Notes: a model not told the origin generated them from the letters alone. Positions 40,854 through 51,426 are shown, counted from the stretch's first letter. The stretch: 64,000 bases of DNA from Methanotrichaceae archaeon (GCA_963748825.1 CAVVKN010000010.1:128001-192000); one strand, 5' to 3'. Program-made: numbers and translations.

Positions 40854-41887
40854 GCTACTTCCGGGTTAGACATCTCTTCCCTTCGTACCTGATATATTCC
40901 TACTATTATGCCCATTATGGCAGGGGCGAGGAAGAAGCCGCCAATTCCGGCCACGAGAGCACCTCCCAAAAAGGAGAGCATTACCAGTAAGGGATGCAAG
41001 GAGGATTTAGCCGCTACCAGGTATGGCCGGATTAAGAGCTCCGAAGGCAGATAGATGAGTACGGAAGCCAGAAGGAAGAAAATGGCGGCGCCTTCCATTC
41101 CCACCTCGAAATATCGGTAAACGGTCACCGGAATGATAACTACCCAGGAGGTGAGGAAGGGGACCATTCCGGCCACGAATACAATGCTCGCCAGGGCAAA
41201 GGGTCTTGGCAGATTAAAGGCATAGAAAATGAAAGCGGCTATGATACTGCCGAATATTGAGGTATAAATCGTGCCGATGAAGATGCCGCTCAAGATATAA
41301 TCGATGCGGCTTATGTATTTTCGATACGCCTCTTTCTCCCTTTGTGGCAGCAGGGATATTATCGACTCCACAAAGCTCTCACCGTCCACCAGCACGAAGT
41401 AGCAGATGGGTATGGAGACGATAAAGTTGATAATTGCCAGAGAGGCGACTCTTCCGATGTGAAAGACGGGGATGGAAGCGGCAATGGGAGCAATGATGCT
41501 CGCCGCATTCTCCAGGCCGCTGGTCAATAGGTCCTTCATCCAGGGTGCCAGATCTCGAGAGGTCTGCTCCGTTAGAATGCTGAGCGCGGTTCTGATGGCC
41601 TCTTGATTCCTGGCCAGGATTAAGATCTGGTTGGCGATCTCAATCATTCCCAGGCCCAGGACGAAAAATATGGGTACGACTATGCATACGGCGGCAACCA
41701 ATGATCCCAGCCGTTTCCTCTTGCCGAATTTATCCCGGATGGGCCTGCCCACGTAGGCGAAGACCGTGCCAAGGATTATGCCATCCAGAAAGGGAAAGAA
41801 AAAATAGGAGATCAAAAGCATCGAGGCCAAGGCTATGATCAGCATTCCTTTATGTTCAGAGCACCATTTACCGGGATCAATGTCCAT
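40850..41887 (-). CDS. AI-2E family transporter
   Basis: Multi-TM; LIRPYL...LHPLLVMLSFLGG...G..G..LAP. Confidence 0.85.
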   Translation of the reverse strand: MDIDPGKWCSEHKGMLIIALASMLLISYFFFPFLDGIILGTVFAYVGRPIRDKFGKRKRLGSLVAAVCIVVPIFFVLGLGMIEIANQILILARNQEAIRTALSILTEQTSRDLAPWMKDLLTSGLENAASIIAPIAASIPVFHIGRVASLAIINFIVSIPICYFVLVDGESFVESIISLLPQREKEAYRKYISRIDYILSGIFIGTIYTSIFGSIIAAFIFYAFNLPRPFALASIVFVAGMVPFLTSWVVIIPVTVYRYFEVGMEGAAIFFLLASVLIYLPSELLIRPYLVAAKSSLHPLLVMLSFLGGALVAGIGGFFLAPAIMGIIVGIYQVRREEMSNPEVA

Positions 41888-41946
41888 GTATTACACTGCA
41901 GAAGATATCCTGGTCTCCCTGATAGATATGAGTTATGCTAATAAAA

Positions 41947-43059
41947 TCAAGAGCCTGCCTGGGCCAGCATTTCCTCCAATTTTTCCAGGGGCCGGCCGGC
42001 GTCCAGGTTTTGTTCTGCCACCCAGGCTTTCAGCTTTTTTATGGGCTTGCCGCAATCGATGATATCGGCGGCCTTGTCCATTCCCTCTTTGAGGTTTGAT
42101 GTATGATCGGTTATGCAAAGCAGCGGGGCGGCATTAAGGCAAACGATGTCTCTCCGAAAGCTCCTGTCCTCCCCGGACAAGACCCTCAGCAGCTTTATGG
42201 CTTCTGCCTCTCTGTCGCTCTGGTAAAGGATAGATGATTCATCTGCTTCTCTTAGCCCCAGGTCCTGCGGGTTTATGGCATACTCTCGGATCGTTCCATC
42301 CTCGGTGAGCTCTGCTACGAGAGACCGGCCCAGGGTGGAGAGCTCATCCATGCCCCGTGCGTCATCCCGACTCCTGCCGTGCACGACAAAGGCTCTCTGG
42401 TAGCCAATTTCTTTCATGGCCTCTGCAATGGGTTGCACCATTTTCTCAGAATAGACGCCCCGCACGGCGTAAGCTGGCTTGGCGGGGTTAGCCAGAGACC
42501 CGGCCACATTGAGAACGGTGCCGAATCTGATCTGAGATAAAATCCTGTAAAGGGCGGAGGGGTGCACTTTGGCGCTCATGCCGTTGAAGATGCCGATGCC
42601 GGCACGCTCAATGCTTCTTTTCACCAGATCAGCGTCACACTCCACATCGACCCCGAGAGTCTCCAGGATATCAACGGCGCCGCACTTTGAGGTTATGGCC
42701 CGCGCTCCATGTTTGGCCATGATTATGCCGTCGGCGGCAGCCACCAGCGATGCGGCGGTGCTGATATTGAAGGTCTTGACAGCGTCCATGCCAGTGCCGC
42801 AATTCTCCACCAGAGGGCCGTCTACATTGGGATGAACCTTAACGGTATCGATCTCGTAAATGGCTTCCCAGATGCCGGCAATTTCCTGAGCCGTTGCGCC
42901 CTTGGCGGTTATGGCGGCGAGAAATGCACCCTGCTGCAAATCCGGCTGCTCGTTATTCAAAATCTGCTTGAAAAGAAATGACGCATCTTCTCTTGTCAGG
43001 TTGCTGCCCTTAATCATGGCGTCCACACGGCTGCCAAAATACCTCAAACTCTCTTCCAT
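41947..43059 (-). CDS. trpD: Anthranilate phosphoribosyltransferase-like protein (divergent motifs)
   Basis: CGTGMD..KTFNIST, AKHGAR, GMDE, LNAA; TrpD fold, but GTGGD and KHGNR are altered. Confidence 0.75.
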   Translation of the reverse strand: MEESLRYFGSRVDAMIKGSNLTREDASFLFKQILNNEQPDLQQGAFLAAITAKGATAQEIAGIWEAIYEIDTVKVHPNVDGPLVENCGTGMDAVKTFNISTAASLVAAADGIIMAKHGARAITSKCGAVDILETLGVDVECDADLVKRSIERAGIGIFNGMSAKVHPSALYRILSQIRFGTVLNVAGSLANPAKPAYAVRGVYSEKMVQPIAEAMKEIGYQRAFVVHGRSRDDARGMDELSTLGRSLVAELTEDGTIREYAINPQDLGLREADESSILYQSDREAEAIKLLRVLSGEDRSFRRDIVCLNAAPLLCITDHTSNLKEGMDKAADIIDCGKPIKKLKAWVAEQNLDAGRPLEKLEEMLAQAGS

Positions 43060-43148
43060 TATACTGTCTCCGCATTGCTAAAATGCTCTTCGCTATTTCT
43101 AGTAGCTAACCTCAGATTACTATGGTTTTCCCGTTGTTAGTAGTTCGT

Positions 43149-43273
43149 CTCTGTGCGTTCTCTGTGAACTCTGTGCCTCTGTGGTGGAAAACGCCGTTAA
43201 CCACTGGTTATAACCAAATGGTTACGGACTACAATCACCACAGAGACACAGAGCGCACGGAGGACTCACAGAG
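43149..43273. repeat. REP-like palindrome built from CTCTGTG/CACAGAG heptamers
   Basis: 38-bp arms (43149-43186, 43236-43273), four heptamers each; two TAACCA..TGGTTA hairpins in the loop. Confidence 0.85.
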
Positions 43274-43323
43274 GCCTCAATTATTCTATTACCAACTCGA
43301 TACAGCGAGGAACCCCACAATAT

Positions 43324-44367
43324 TCAAATTAGAACAACCGATTTCAACCCGGTTCTCTGGGACGAGTGGGAAAATGCGTCCTCAATTCTGGCAAGAGATG
43401 TCCTCCTGGTGACGATCCAGTCGGCCTTGATCTTGCCAGAGGTCAAAAGCTCTACAGCCTGCCGGTTATGCTGGCTGGAGCAGCCGTAGGCCCCGGTGAT
43501 GGCAAGCTCATGGTAGTGAATTGAGCGGATGTCAATCTGCTCTTGATAGTTTCCCGGAGCCGGCCCGGAGAAGATGCAGATTCTTCCTCCCGGGGAGAGC
43601 AGCTTGAGAAGATCGTTATCCACCCGGACGGCCGGAGTGGCGGTGAGGATGACGTCCACGCCTGCTCTTCCGATCTCTGCGGCCAGGACGGTTTTCCCAG
43701 ACTCTTCCGACGGATTGACGACCAAAGCGCAGGTGTGTCTTTCCAGCAGGTGGATGCGGCCGGGCAATCTTTCAGCTATTATTATCTTCTTGGCTCCATG
43801 AAGCTCGGCTAAAAGAGCATGCAGAGCGCCGATGGGCCCGCCACCGTAGATGAGAACGCGGTCGCCCTTAGAGACGCAGGCCTGCTCCTGGCCGTTGATG
43901 CAACAGGCTAAAGGCTCTGCCAGAGCGGCCAGAGCCGGATCAGATCCGTGGGGCAGCAGGTTCACGCCGCCTGGAAGGCTCTGCATGGGCAAGGCCAAGA
44001 GCTGTGCAAAGCCCCCATCGCAGTTGAATCCCATGATTTTTATGTCGGGGCAGCGGTTGTTGGCTCCCCGCTGGCACGGCCCGCACTTTTCGCAGGCGAT
44101 GCCCGGCCAGACCTGTACCAGGTCACCCTCGGCCAGGCTGATGTCCGCATCGACATTACAGCCCATCTCCATGATCCTACCCACCATCTCGTGCCCCAGA
44201 ACGCGCGGGTAGGAGAGGTCCCGGTGGCCCTGCTCTTTCATTTTGATATCTGTGCCACAGACGGCGCAGGCTAAGATCTCCAGAAGGGCTCCGCCTTTGG
44301 GGCACAGCGGATCAGGCAGGTCGTCCAGATCCATAACTCCCGGAGCCTTTAGAACAGCAGCTTTCAT
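43324..44367 (-). CDS. Zinc-dependent medium-chain dehydrogenase (sorbitol/threonine dehydrogenase-like)
   Basis: VCGTD, GHE, CEKCGPC...C, EPLAC, GGGPIG. Confidence 0.92.
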   Translation of the reverse strand: MKAAVLKAPGVMDLDDLPDPLCPKGGALLEILACAVCGTDIKMKEQGHRDLSYPRVLGHEMVGRIMEMGCNVDADISLAEGDLVQVWPGIACEKCGPCQRGANNRCPDIKIMGFNCDGGFAQLLALPMQSLPGGVNLLPHGSDPALAALAEPLACCINGQEQACVSKGDRVLIYGGGPIGALHALLAELHGAKKIIIAERLPGRIHLLERHTCALVVNPSEESGKTVLAAEIGRAGVDVILTATPAVRVDNDLLKLLSPGGRICIFSGPAPGNYQEQIDIRSIHYHELAITGAYGCSSQHNRQAVELLTSGKIKADWIVTRRTSLARIEDAFSHSSQRTGLKSVVLI

Positions 44368-44403
44368 GATCGGGATAAATTGTGCGGGTATTTTGCCGTA
44401 GCT

Positions 44404-45444
44404 TTACTTCTTGGGCAGTTCCACGGTCATGAGCACGCGGTCTGTCTCCTCGACGAGTTGCATTTGCGAGACTCCGTAAAGCCCGGCCAGAAGGCTGGCT
44501 CCACCCATGCCCACGCCTTCTTTGACGTAACCCTTCGCATATATCTGCACGCCCGGTATCTTAGAGTTCTCCAGCCCCGGGTCGGAGTAGTAGTAGGGCC
44601 GGCCCACAGACTCCACGATCTCCTTAAAGTTGGCCGTTTTGTCTTCCACTATATATTTAGTCGTGGCAATGGAGATGTCACCTTCGATTTTCATGGATTT
44701 TCCCAGAGCCAGCACAGCGGCCATTTGCGTTCCGCCCGCCAGTACGACTTTGCAGCCCTGCAGACCTTGCATGAGGCCAAGAGCCGCAGGCATCATGGGA
44801 TCGCCGACCTGCTGCACTGCTTGCAAGGGGTCGTTCTTCAGGCTGCCAATAGTGATACCGGCCCGGCCCAGGGCCTCGGCCACCACGTTCTTCTTCAGGG
44901 AAGTGGGATTGGACTGGAAGCTGCTGCTCACATTGACATCGTAGCCCAGGGCCCAGAGAACGGCCATAGCCGTGGTCGTGCCTCCGGCGATGGACTCACC
45001 GATGAAGACGCAGTCGGAAAGTCTGGCGACCTTCTTTCCCAGAAGGACGGCATTTTCAAAGAGGGCGCGAGCACCAGGCACGGCCGGCTCTTTACGGATG
45101 TCGCTTCCCGCCGCTCCGCCAAGCTCCGCATAGGGAATGGCCGGCTTCTTACGCAGGCCCGAGGCCACGAACAAGGAAGGTATGCCGGTCAGGTTCAGAG
45201 CAGCCTTGGTGACGATGGCGGGAGTTGGCGAGCCGCCTGGGGCCTCGGGCAGCTCGGGCATGGTGATGATGCGGTTGGTCTCCACCAGCTCGGCATCGGC
45301 GCCAGGGGTGTAGTCGGTCAGTTCCGGCGTGGTTCCAGCGGCGGAGAGACCGGGAATCTTGCCGGTGTCTGTGTTGGAGATGATGCAGAGAAATAAAGGC
45401 CGCTGGGGCCGCGGCCCGAAATCGGGGTAGATCCAGTTTGGCAT
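44404..45444 (-). CDS. cobT: Nicotinate-nucleotide--dimethylbenzimidazole phosphoribosyltransferase (archaeal CobT)
   Basis: IPGLSAAG, PTPA, GESIAGGTTTA, LAGGTQM, KEGVGMGG; start MPNW. Confidence 0.9.
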   Translation of the reverse strand: MPNWIYPDFGPRPQRPLFLCIISNTDTGKIPGLSAAGTTPELTDYTPGADAELVETNRIITMPELPEAPGGSPTPAIVTKAALNLTGIPSLFVASGLRKKPAIPYAELGGAAGSDIRKEPAVPGARALFENAVLLGKKVARLSDCVFIGESIAGGTTTAMAVLWALGYDVNVSSSFQSNPTSLKKNVVAEALGRAGITIGSLKNDPLQAVQQVGDPMMPAALGLMQGLQGCKVVLAGGTQMAAVLALGKSMKIEGDISIATTKYIVEDKTANFKEIVESVGRPYYYSDPGLENSKIPGVQIYAKGYVKEGVGMGGASLLAGLYGVSQMQLVEETDRVLMTVELPKK

Positions 45445-45542
45445 GCTTCTAGCCCAGGTCTGCACCTATAAGAAACCAACGCCAGTGGACTTAATTTAAC
45501 TAAACTTGCTTTGACTGGCACACAAGCGGGCTTTGGCGAGAT

Positions 45543-45785
45543 AATCGTAGACTGATGATTAAACTATGACGACTTGCGGAATTAAACCGCAGAGTCACAG
45601 AGCGCACAGAGAACGAACGCACGGGGACGACTACTATTCAGAAGCTATGCAGTTCCTTTCAGGTGCTGGTAATAAGGTAAATTTCACGTCTCTGTGAATT
45701 CTGTGCCTCTGTGGTTAGTAATCGTAGATTGACAACTAAACCCTGGTGATTACGGAATTAAACAGCAGAGCGCACGGAGGACTCT
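45543..45785. repeat. Second CACAGAG/CTCTGTG palindrome cluster with ~60-bp degenerate direct repeats
   Basis: Arms ~45586-45612 and ~45689-45716; AATCGTAGA.TGA...TAAAC...CGGAATTAAAC.GCAGAG at ~45543 and ~45720. Confidence 0.75.
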
Positions 45786-45792
45786 ATTATTC

Positions 45793-46340
45793 TGTCGGAT
45801 AGATTTTCTGGAGGGCGACGGCCAGGCCGTAACTCCGGTGGAGTACAAGCGGAGCGAAGCGCCCAAGACACAAGGCTTTTACGAGCCGCATCTGATCCAG
45901 CTTGCTGCTCAGTGCCTGGCCCTGCGGGAGATGGAGGCGGAAAAAGAGCTTGAAGGCAAGCCCGAAGAGGAAAAGATCAGAATGCTCCTCGCCTGCCGGG
46001 ACGATCAGGTGCCGGTTTACGTGGTGGGCCAGGGCAAGACGGTTCGAAAGCGTGGCGAGCGGTTGGAGGTCTGGTCTTATGAAGAAGGCAAGATCAGCGA
46101 AGCCCGGATCAGGGAGATCTCCAAGATCTGCCTTTACAGAGGAGTGGAGATCACCACTCCGGCCATGGTGGAGCTGATGCAAAGGAATGTGCCGGTGCTG
46201 CACTTCTCCCACGGCGGCTGGTTTCAGGGTATTTGTCTAGGCATGAGCCACAAGAATGTTCTCTTGCGCATCAAGCAGTTCCAGGGGCAGGAGATGAGGA
46301 GAAGTCGCTATCCATTGCCAGAAAGATCGTATCCGGAAAT
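45793..46340 (+). pseudogene. cas1: cas4-cas1 fusion relic (type I-G/I-U-like); 5'-truncated, internally deleted, frameshifted
   Basis: Cas4 motifs RIDFL...PVEYK...QLAAQ joined to the Cas1 N-terminus PVYVVGQG..V.K.GERL...ITTPAM...FSHGGWFQG...KNV.LR; another frame continues EKSLSIARKIVSG. Confidence 0.85.
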
Positions 46341-46352
46341 TCAAATCTATTT

Positions 46353-49325
46353 TTACCTAACTTCTGCTAGTCGCTCCTCATATCGCCCTGCGGCAGGGAA
46401 CACTCTTCCCAGAGCGCTGGCCAACTCTTCCAGGCGCACGGGCTTGCTGATGTAGTCATCCATTCCTGCCTCGATGCATCTTTTCCTGTCGCCCTCTAAA
46501 GCGTGCGCAGTGACTGCGATTATGTGAGGCGATCCATTCGGCCAGCGTTCGCGAATGGCCTTTGCCGCATCAAAGCCGTCCATCTCTGGCATTTGCACAT
46601 CCATCAGGACCACGTCATAGTTCTGGCGTTCCAAAGCCTGCAAGACCTCTCTGCCGTTGGCTGCCACATCCGCTCTGATCCCCAGCTTCCTGAGCATGAG
46701 CAGGGCAACCTTCTGATTTACCAGATTATCCTCTGCAATCAGCAGCTTCAAATGGCCAGGAATATCTTGCTGCAAATCGACCATATTGGGCTTCTTTTTC
46801 ATCTCCAAACATTGCTCTGGTGTCGCTTCATCAGCCAGAATTGTGAAGCCAAATGTGCTTCCCCTGCAAATTTCGCTTTGCGCCCAAATGGTCCCGCCCA
46901 TAAGCTGCACCAGCTTTTTGCTGATGGCTAGACCCAAACCCGTTCCGCCATATTTGCGAGTGGTAGACATATCCACCTGGCTAAAGGACTGGAAGAGGCT
47001 GCTCATGCGATCCTGGGGAATGCCGATCCCCGTATCTCTGACCGAGAAGAACAGCTTAGTCTTTCCATTCTCCTGGCCGTCGCCCGAGACATGTACCGAT
47101 ACCTCTCCACGGTCTGTAAACTTGATTGCATTGCCGAGGAGGTTTATTAAGACCTGGGAAATGCTGGTGGCGTCTCCCTGCAGCCTCTTCGGAATGCAGT
47201 CATCAATATGATAATAAAAATGGATATACTTCTTCGCAGCAATGGGCTTGAGCAAGTCCATGGCATCTTCAATGCATTTGCTTAGTTCGAAGGGCTGCTT
47301 TTCTATCTCCCTCTTGCCTTCTTCGATCTTGGAGAAGTCCAAGATATTGTTGATAACGGATACGAGGATATCACCGCTGCTACGCACCGTCTCCAGGCAA
47401 TCTTTTTGATCTGGCAGAAGAGGAGTATCGAGAAGTATTCCCGTCATGCCTATGATGGCGTTGAGGGGAGTCCTGATCTCATGGCTCATATTAGCCAAAA
47501 ATTCGGATTTGGCGCGAGCAGCGGCTTCTGCATCCTCTTTGGCCTTGCGAAGAGCCTCTTGTGCCTTTTTGCTATCGGTAATATCCCGTACCAATAGTAA
47601 AAACGTGTCCTCTCCGCCAGGGTTGATGCGCGCCTCAAAGAATGACATCTTGCCATCTATAATGAGCGCATACTCGAAGATCTGCATCTTTCTGGTTTTT
47701 TTGGCCTGATTCACATGATAAAGAGCCTGGTCAACCATATCCTCCGGTAGAAGATCCTGCATTTTCTTGCCCAGAAATGACTGAGGAGGCAAGTAGAGTG
47801 GTGATGTCTCCTGCACATTATAGTCCAAAAAGGTGCCGTCCTCGGCGATCAGGAACATCATATCGGGAATTGCATCCAGAAGAGATCTATTCTTAGCCTC
47901 GTTTTTTTTCAGCTCCATTTGAGCCCTCATGCGCTCTGTTATATTGCGCACGGATTCAATGGCACCGGTGACATTGCCTTCAGAATCGTAAAGTGCCGTT
48001 GCACTTCCCTGCAAAAAGGCCTCGCCCCCCCTCATATTGGGCATAAAGCCCTCCCAAAAGATATGGCCGTCTTCCTGTCTCATCATTTTATCGTAAAATT
48101 CATTCGAAATCCAATATCTTCTGCCCCACTCGTCATATTCATCCGGTGATTCCTTATTATATTCAAGCACGATATCGGCAAGCGTCGGCCGGCGTTTGCC
48201 ATAAAAAGGAAGCGCATACTCATAATGGCCTTTTCCCAGCATATCTTTGGCAATAATACCGGTCATCGCCTCGATAGCCCGATTCCAGGCTATGACTGTG
48301 CCCTGTCTGTTAATAACAAAGGTGGCGTCTGGCAGGAAATTGATAATATCCGCCAGGCGGCGTTCGGAGTCTTTTAGCGCATCTTCAGCTTCTTTTCGAT
48401 CAGTTATGTCTCGTATGGATTCAATAGCTCCAATTAATTCTCCCTCGTTATCCCGAAGAGGGGATGCTGTAGCCCAGACATAAGTTCTCTGGCCGGCCAA
48501 TAAAAAAGGTGCCACCGATTCGGCATAGAGGGTATCCCCTTTCTTTTCCACATAACGGTATTGAGACCTGGTCTCTGGATTGTCGCCATATATCAGGTCG
48601 ACCAGAATAGGCCGTTGCTCTCCATAAAAGGGAACGCTGTATGCATAGTCGCCCTTTCCTATTATCTCCTGTTTTTTGATGCCGGTCATTTCCTCTATGG
48701 CCCGGTTCCAGGCAATCACTTTCCTGCTCTTATCTATGACGAAGGTGGCATCAGGCAGAAAGTCAATTATGTCCATAAGCTGGCGGCGGGTGAGATTCGC
48801 CACCTCATCCGAACTAAAGCTCTTTTTTGCTTCTTCGCATATAAGCTGATTTCCCCCATTTTCCTGCTGGACAGCTGCAAATCGTATGGTCTTTTTCGTC
48901 CCATCCTTGCAGGTTACCGTAAAGGTCCGGCACCTCTTGGCGCCAGCTCCAATTTCATTTTTATCTTTGATCCAGGCTGCTATGGCAGCATTTCGATAAT
49001 CTGGGTCAGGAAAGGCTCTCTTAAACCATTCTCTTCCGCACGAAATCTCTTCTAGATCATAACCAAAAATCTCGATAAATTTAGGATTTATGCTGCAGAA
49101 TGTCCCGTCTTTTTCAATGATGGCAATAGCTAAAGGAGCGTTTTCGATAATGCTGGTGATGTTTCTGCTTCTATCCTCCAGCTCTTCCAGGCCGACTATA
49201 AGACGCTCTACCGTCTCTGAAACGGCCCGGCAAGTCGGGCAGGTCTCTGCGATTTTACTGCCAAGCTCATCTAATGTGAGGCTGATCTCATTTATCTTAT
49301 CGCTAAAATAGCTGCCCATAACCAA
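46353..49325 (-). CDS. Hybrid sensor histidine kinase (4 PAS + HisKA + HATPase + receiver)
   Basis: [43 protein letters not shown]. Confidence 0.95.
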   Translation of the reverse strand: MVMGSYFSDKINEISLTLDELGSKIAETCPTCRAVSETVERLIVGLEELEDRSRNITSIIENAPLAIAIIEKDGTFCSINPKFIEIFGYDLEEISCGREWFKRAFPDPDYRNAAIAAWIKDKNEIGAGAKRCRTFTVTCKDGTKKTIRFAAVQQENGGNQLICEEAKKSFSSDEVANLTRRQLMDIIDFLPDATFVIDKSRKVIAWNRAIEEMTGIKKQEIIGKGDYAYSVPFYGEQRPILVDLIYGDNPETRSQYRYVEKKGDTLYAESVAPFLLAGQRTYVWATASPLRDNEGELIGAIESIRDITDRKEAEDALKDSERRLADIINFLPDATFVINRQGTVIAWNRAIEAMTGIIAKDMLGKGHYEYALPFYGKRRPTLADIVLEYNKESPDEYDEWGRRYWISNEFYDKMMRQEDGHIFWEGFMPNMRGGEAFLQGSATALYDSEGNVTGAIESVRNITERMRAQMELKKNEAKNRSLLDAIPDMMFLIAEDGTFLDYNVQETSPLYLPPQSFLGKKMQDLLPEDMVDQALYHVNQAKKTRKMQIFEYALIIDGKMSFFEARINPGGEDTFLLLVRDITDSKKAQEALRKAKEDAEAAARAKSEFLANMSHEIRTPLNAIIGMTGILLDTPLLPDQKDCLETVRSSGDILVSVINNILDFSKIEEGKREIEKQPFELSKCIEDAMDLLKPIAAKKYIHFYYHIDDCIPKRLQGDATSISQVLINLLGNAIKFTDRGEVSVHVSGDGQENGKTKLFFSVRDTGIGIPQDRMSSLFQSFSQVDMSTTRKYGGTGLGLAISKKLVQLMGGTIWAQSEICRGSTFGFTILADEATPEQCLEMKKKPNMVDLQQDIPGHLKLLIAEDNLVNQKVALLMLRKLGIRADVAANGREVLQALERQNYDVVLMDVQMPEMDGFDAAKAIRERWPNGSPHIIAVTAHALEGDRKRCIEAGMDDYISKPVRLEELASALGRVFPAAGRYEERLAEVR

Positions 49326-49509
49326 GACACCAGGTTAGAATCGACCTTAAGCATTCTCATTAATATTCATTTCGATGTGCATGATATTAGCAGAAAAAAT
49401 TGTGAGAACGTTCTGTTTCCATACAGCAAGCAAATCTTCCAGCATCAATTGACAGCAGATGCAGGAAAAAGATTTGCTGTTCGTGTATATTTCAACTTCC
49501 CAAAAAATT

Positions 49510-50387
49510 GGTAGTGTACCTTAAATAAGTTTATATGTCTTCATCGCATAATTTAACCGGGGAAAGCAATGAAGGCAGATCGATTAGCTTTAGCAGGTTC
49601 GTTTTGTTGGAATAGAGGCTGTACAAGCTATGGCAAAGTGGATCACGGAAACATTGTCCGATACGGTCGTACTGCCAAAGGCACGCAGCGTTTGAAATGC
49701 AAAATATGTGGCAGTGTTTTTGTAGGTAATAAAGGGACTATATTTTATGGTCTGCATCATAGCCCAAAAGAGATCCTAGAATGCTTGTCTCTGCTTGCTG
49801 AAAGGAACAGTCTGGCAGCCATCCATAGAACTAAAGGAATAAAAGAGGAAACCGTTATGGATTGGCTCCATAAAGCAGCAAACCATGCTGAGGAGATCGA
49901 AGCGTTATTGCTTGCCAATCACCATCTGACTCGTGTTCAGCTTGATGCCATGTGGACCTATGTAGGTCACGAAGGGGAAAAAGCAACCATTCCGAGGAGC
50001 CCGATCGAGGTACATTCTGGCGGGGTACTGCTATAGATATTGATACGAGGTTGAGGGTTGCACGTGCAATAGGAAAGAATGAGGAAGAAGTCGCAGTGGT
50101 TATGATGTCGCAAATAAAAGATCGCTACAACCCCATTGAACCTCCCGCGATATCAAGCGACGGAAATGATAGTTATCCTGAAGCAATGCTTGAGATCTGG
50201 GGTAAGTTGCCCGAATACAATGGTCGAGGAAGACCTCCTACTCACAAACAACCGCAACCTGGATGGAAATGCCTTCAAGTGACCAAGCATCGTTCTGGCA
50301 GAAGGTTGGTTGGCGTCACTCACAAAGTGGCCTACGTGATGATGTTAGTTGTTTCTGAAAGGAACAACGCATAATGGGGAGACTACC
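49510..50387 (+). mobile_element. IS1-family insertion sequence, probably internally deleted
   Basis: Imperfect TIRs GGTAGTGTACCTT / GGTAGTCTCCCCA (rc); encloses insA/insB-like ORFs. Confidence 0.8.
49569..50374 (+). pseudogene. IS1 transposase: Zn-finger+HTH ORF and -1-frame DDE ORF, C-terminally truncated
   Basis: C...C...G...GTQRLKCKIC; QLDAMWTYVG then GGGGAAAAA shift site; TFWRGTAID...ISSDG...Y. Confidence 0.8.
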
Positions 50388-50421
50388 TAACATCATTCAT
50401 TCGATAAAAATTCCAATATTC

Positions 50422-51426
50422 TCAATCAGATTTGTGAACCTGAAAGTCAATGACCACATTGCTTCTGTGGGGTGCATAACTTCTTACTATCTCTTTGTAG
50501 AGCACTTCCCCTTCGGCACCTATCTCCTCAGCCGCCTTTCTTAACAGAGCCTCATCCCTGTAAAGATCATCTTCTGGAGCTATGCAGTAGTAATGGATGA
50601 TTCCCTCCGGCTTTGCCGCCCTCATGGCAGGAATTAAGAATGCAGATGCGCTGTGGGGAAGGTTCATGATCACATGATCTGCTCGGTTCTCGTAGCGCAG
50701 GGCCAGCTCTGCAGCATCGCCTTCCAGGATCTCGATGCGCTTTATTTTATTCAAGAGCGCATTCTCTCTCAGGTATTTCACAGCGACGGGATTCTTGTCC
50801 ATGGCGATGACGTTTGCCCCCTTTTTTGCCAGAAGCAGGGCGAACGGCCCCACACCTGCGAACATATCGAGAACGACGTCACCAGATCGAACCAGGCTGG
50901 CGATTCTTAGCCTTTCTGTGCCCAGGCGAGGAGTGAAATATGCCCCTTCCAAGTCTACCCGGTAGCGCAGGCCGTGCTCCTTGTGGAGGGTGACGGTTCG
51001 AATCTCTCCGGCCACATGCCGGAAGCGGCGGGTGCGAAATTCCCCTTCTACGTCAGAGATGGGAGCAATGACCGTTTTTATGCTCTTGCTGGTGGACATG
51101 AGGGCGGCGGCCACGCGCTCTGCATCACTGTCCTCTATCATGGCAATGTCGCCCACCACCTCGAAGCTGGGCCGAAAGCCCAAAAGATCCTCCGGGCTTG
51201 GCACGCACTCTTCCTGCTGGAAATTGATATGCACCAGTTCAAACTCTGCAATGCTGCCGACCATAGCGGCTGACTTTTCATCCATCTCCAAAACCGGCAG
51301 ATAGACATGGGATTCATCCGAGCAAATCTTGCGGGTGCGATCGAATGTGCCCATCTCCACCAGAGCCTTGCGAATTTTCTCTCCACTTTTTCGGCTAACC
51401 TTCAAACCCAGGGATTTATCCAGCAT
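50422..51426 (-). CDS. trm5: tRNA (guanine-37-N1)-methyltransferase Trm5/Met-10 family
   Basis: VEGEFRTR, YFTPRL.TER, DMFAGVGPF, VIMNLP, VRSYAP. Confidence 0.88.
   Translation of the reverse strand: MLDKSLGLKVSRKSGEKIRKALVEMGTFDRTRKICSDESHVYLPVLEMDEKSAAMVGSIAEFELVHINFQQEECVPSPEDLLGFRPSFEVVGDIAMIEDSDAERVAAALMSTSKSIKTVIAPISDVEGEFRTRRFRHVAGEIRTVTLHKEHGLRYRVDLEGAYFTPRLGTERLRIASLVRSGDVVLDMFAGVGPFALLLAKKGANVIAMDKNPVAVKYLRENALLNKIKRIEILEGDAAELALRYENRADHVIMNLPHSASAFLIPAMRAAKPEGIIHYYCIAPEDDLYRDEALLRKAAEEIGAEGEVLYKEIVRSYAPHRSNVVIDFQVHKSD

Noticed and set aside
43149-43273. CACAGAG resembles the RAG/Transib RSS heptamer CACAGTG
   Set aside because: No nonamer, no 12/23 spacing and no such transposase; superficial similarity
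45543-45785. Possible CRISPR array beside the cas4-cas1 relic
   Set aside because: Only two degenerate units plus heptamer palindromes; no identical 25-40 bp repeats with regular unique spacers here or elsewhere in the window
46340-46455. 3' tail of the 205-aa ORF 45838-46455 taken as part of an intact gene
   Set aside because: It is read-through after a frameshift into the antisense strand of the kinase gene
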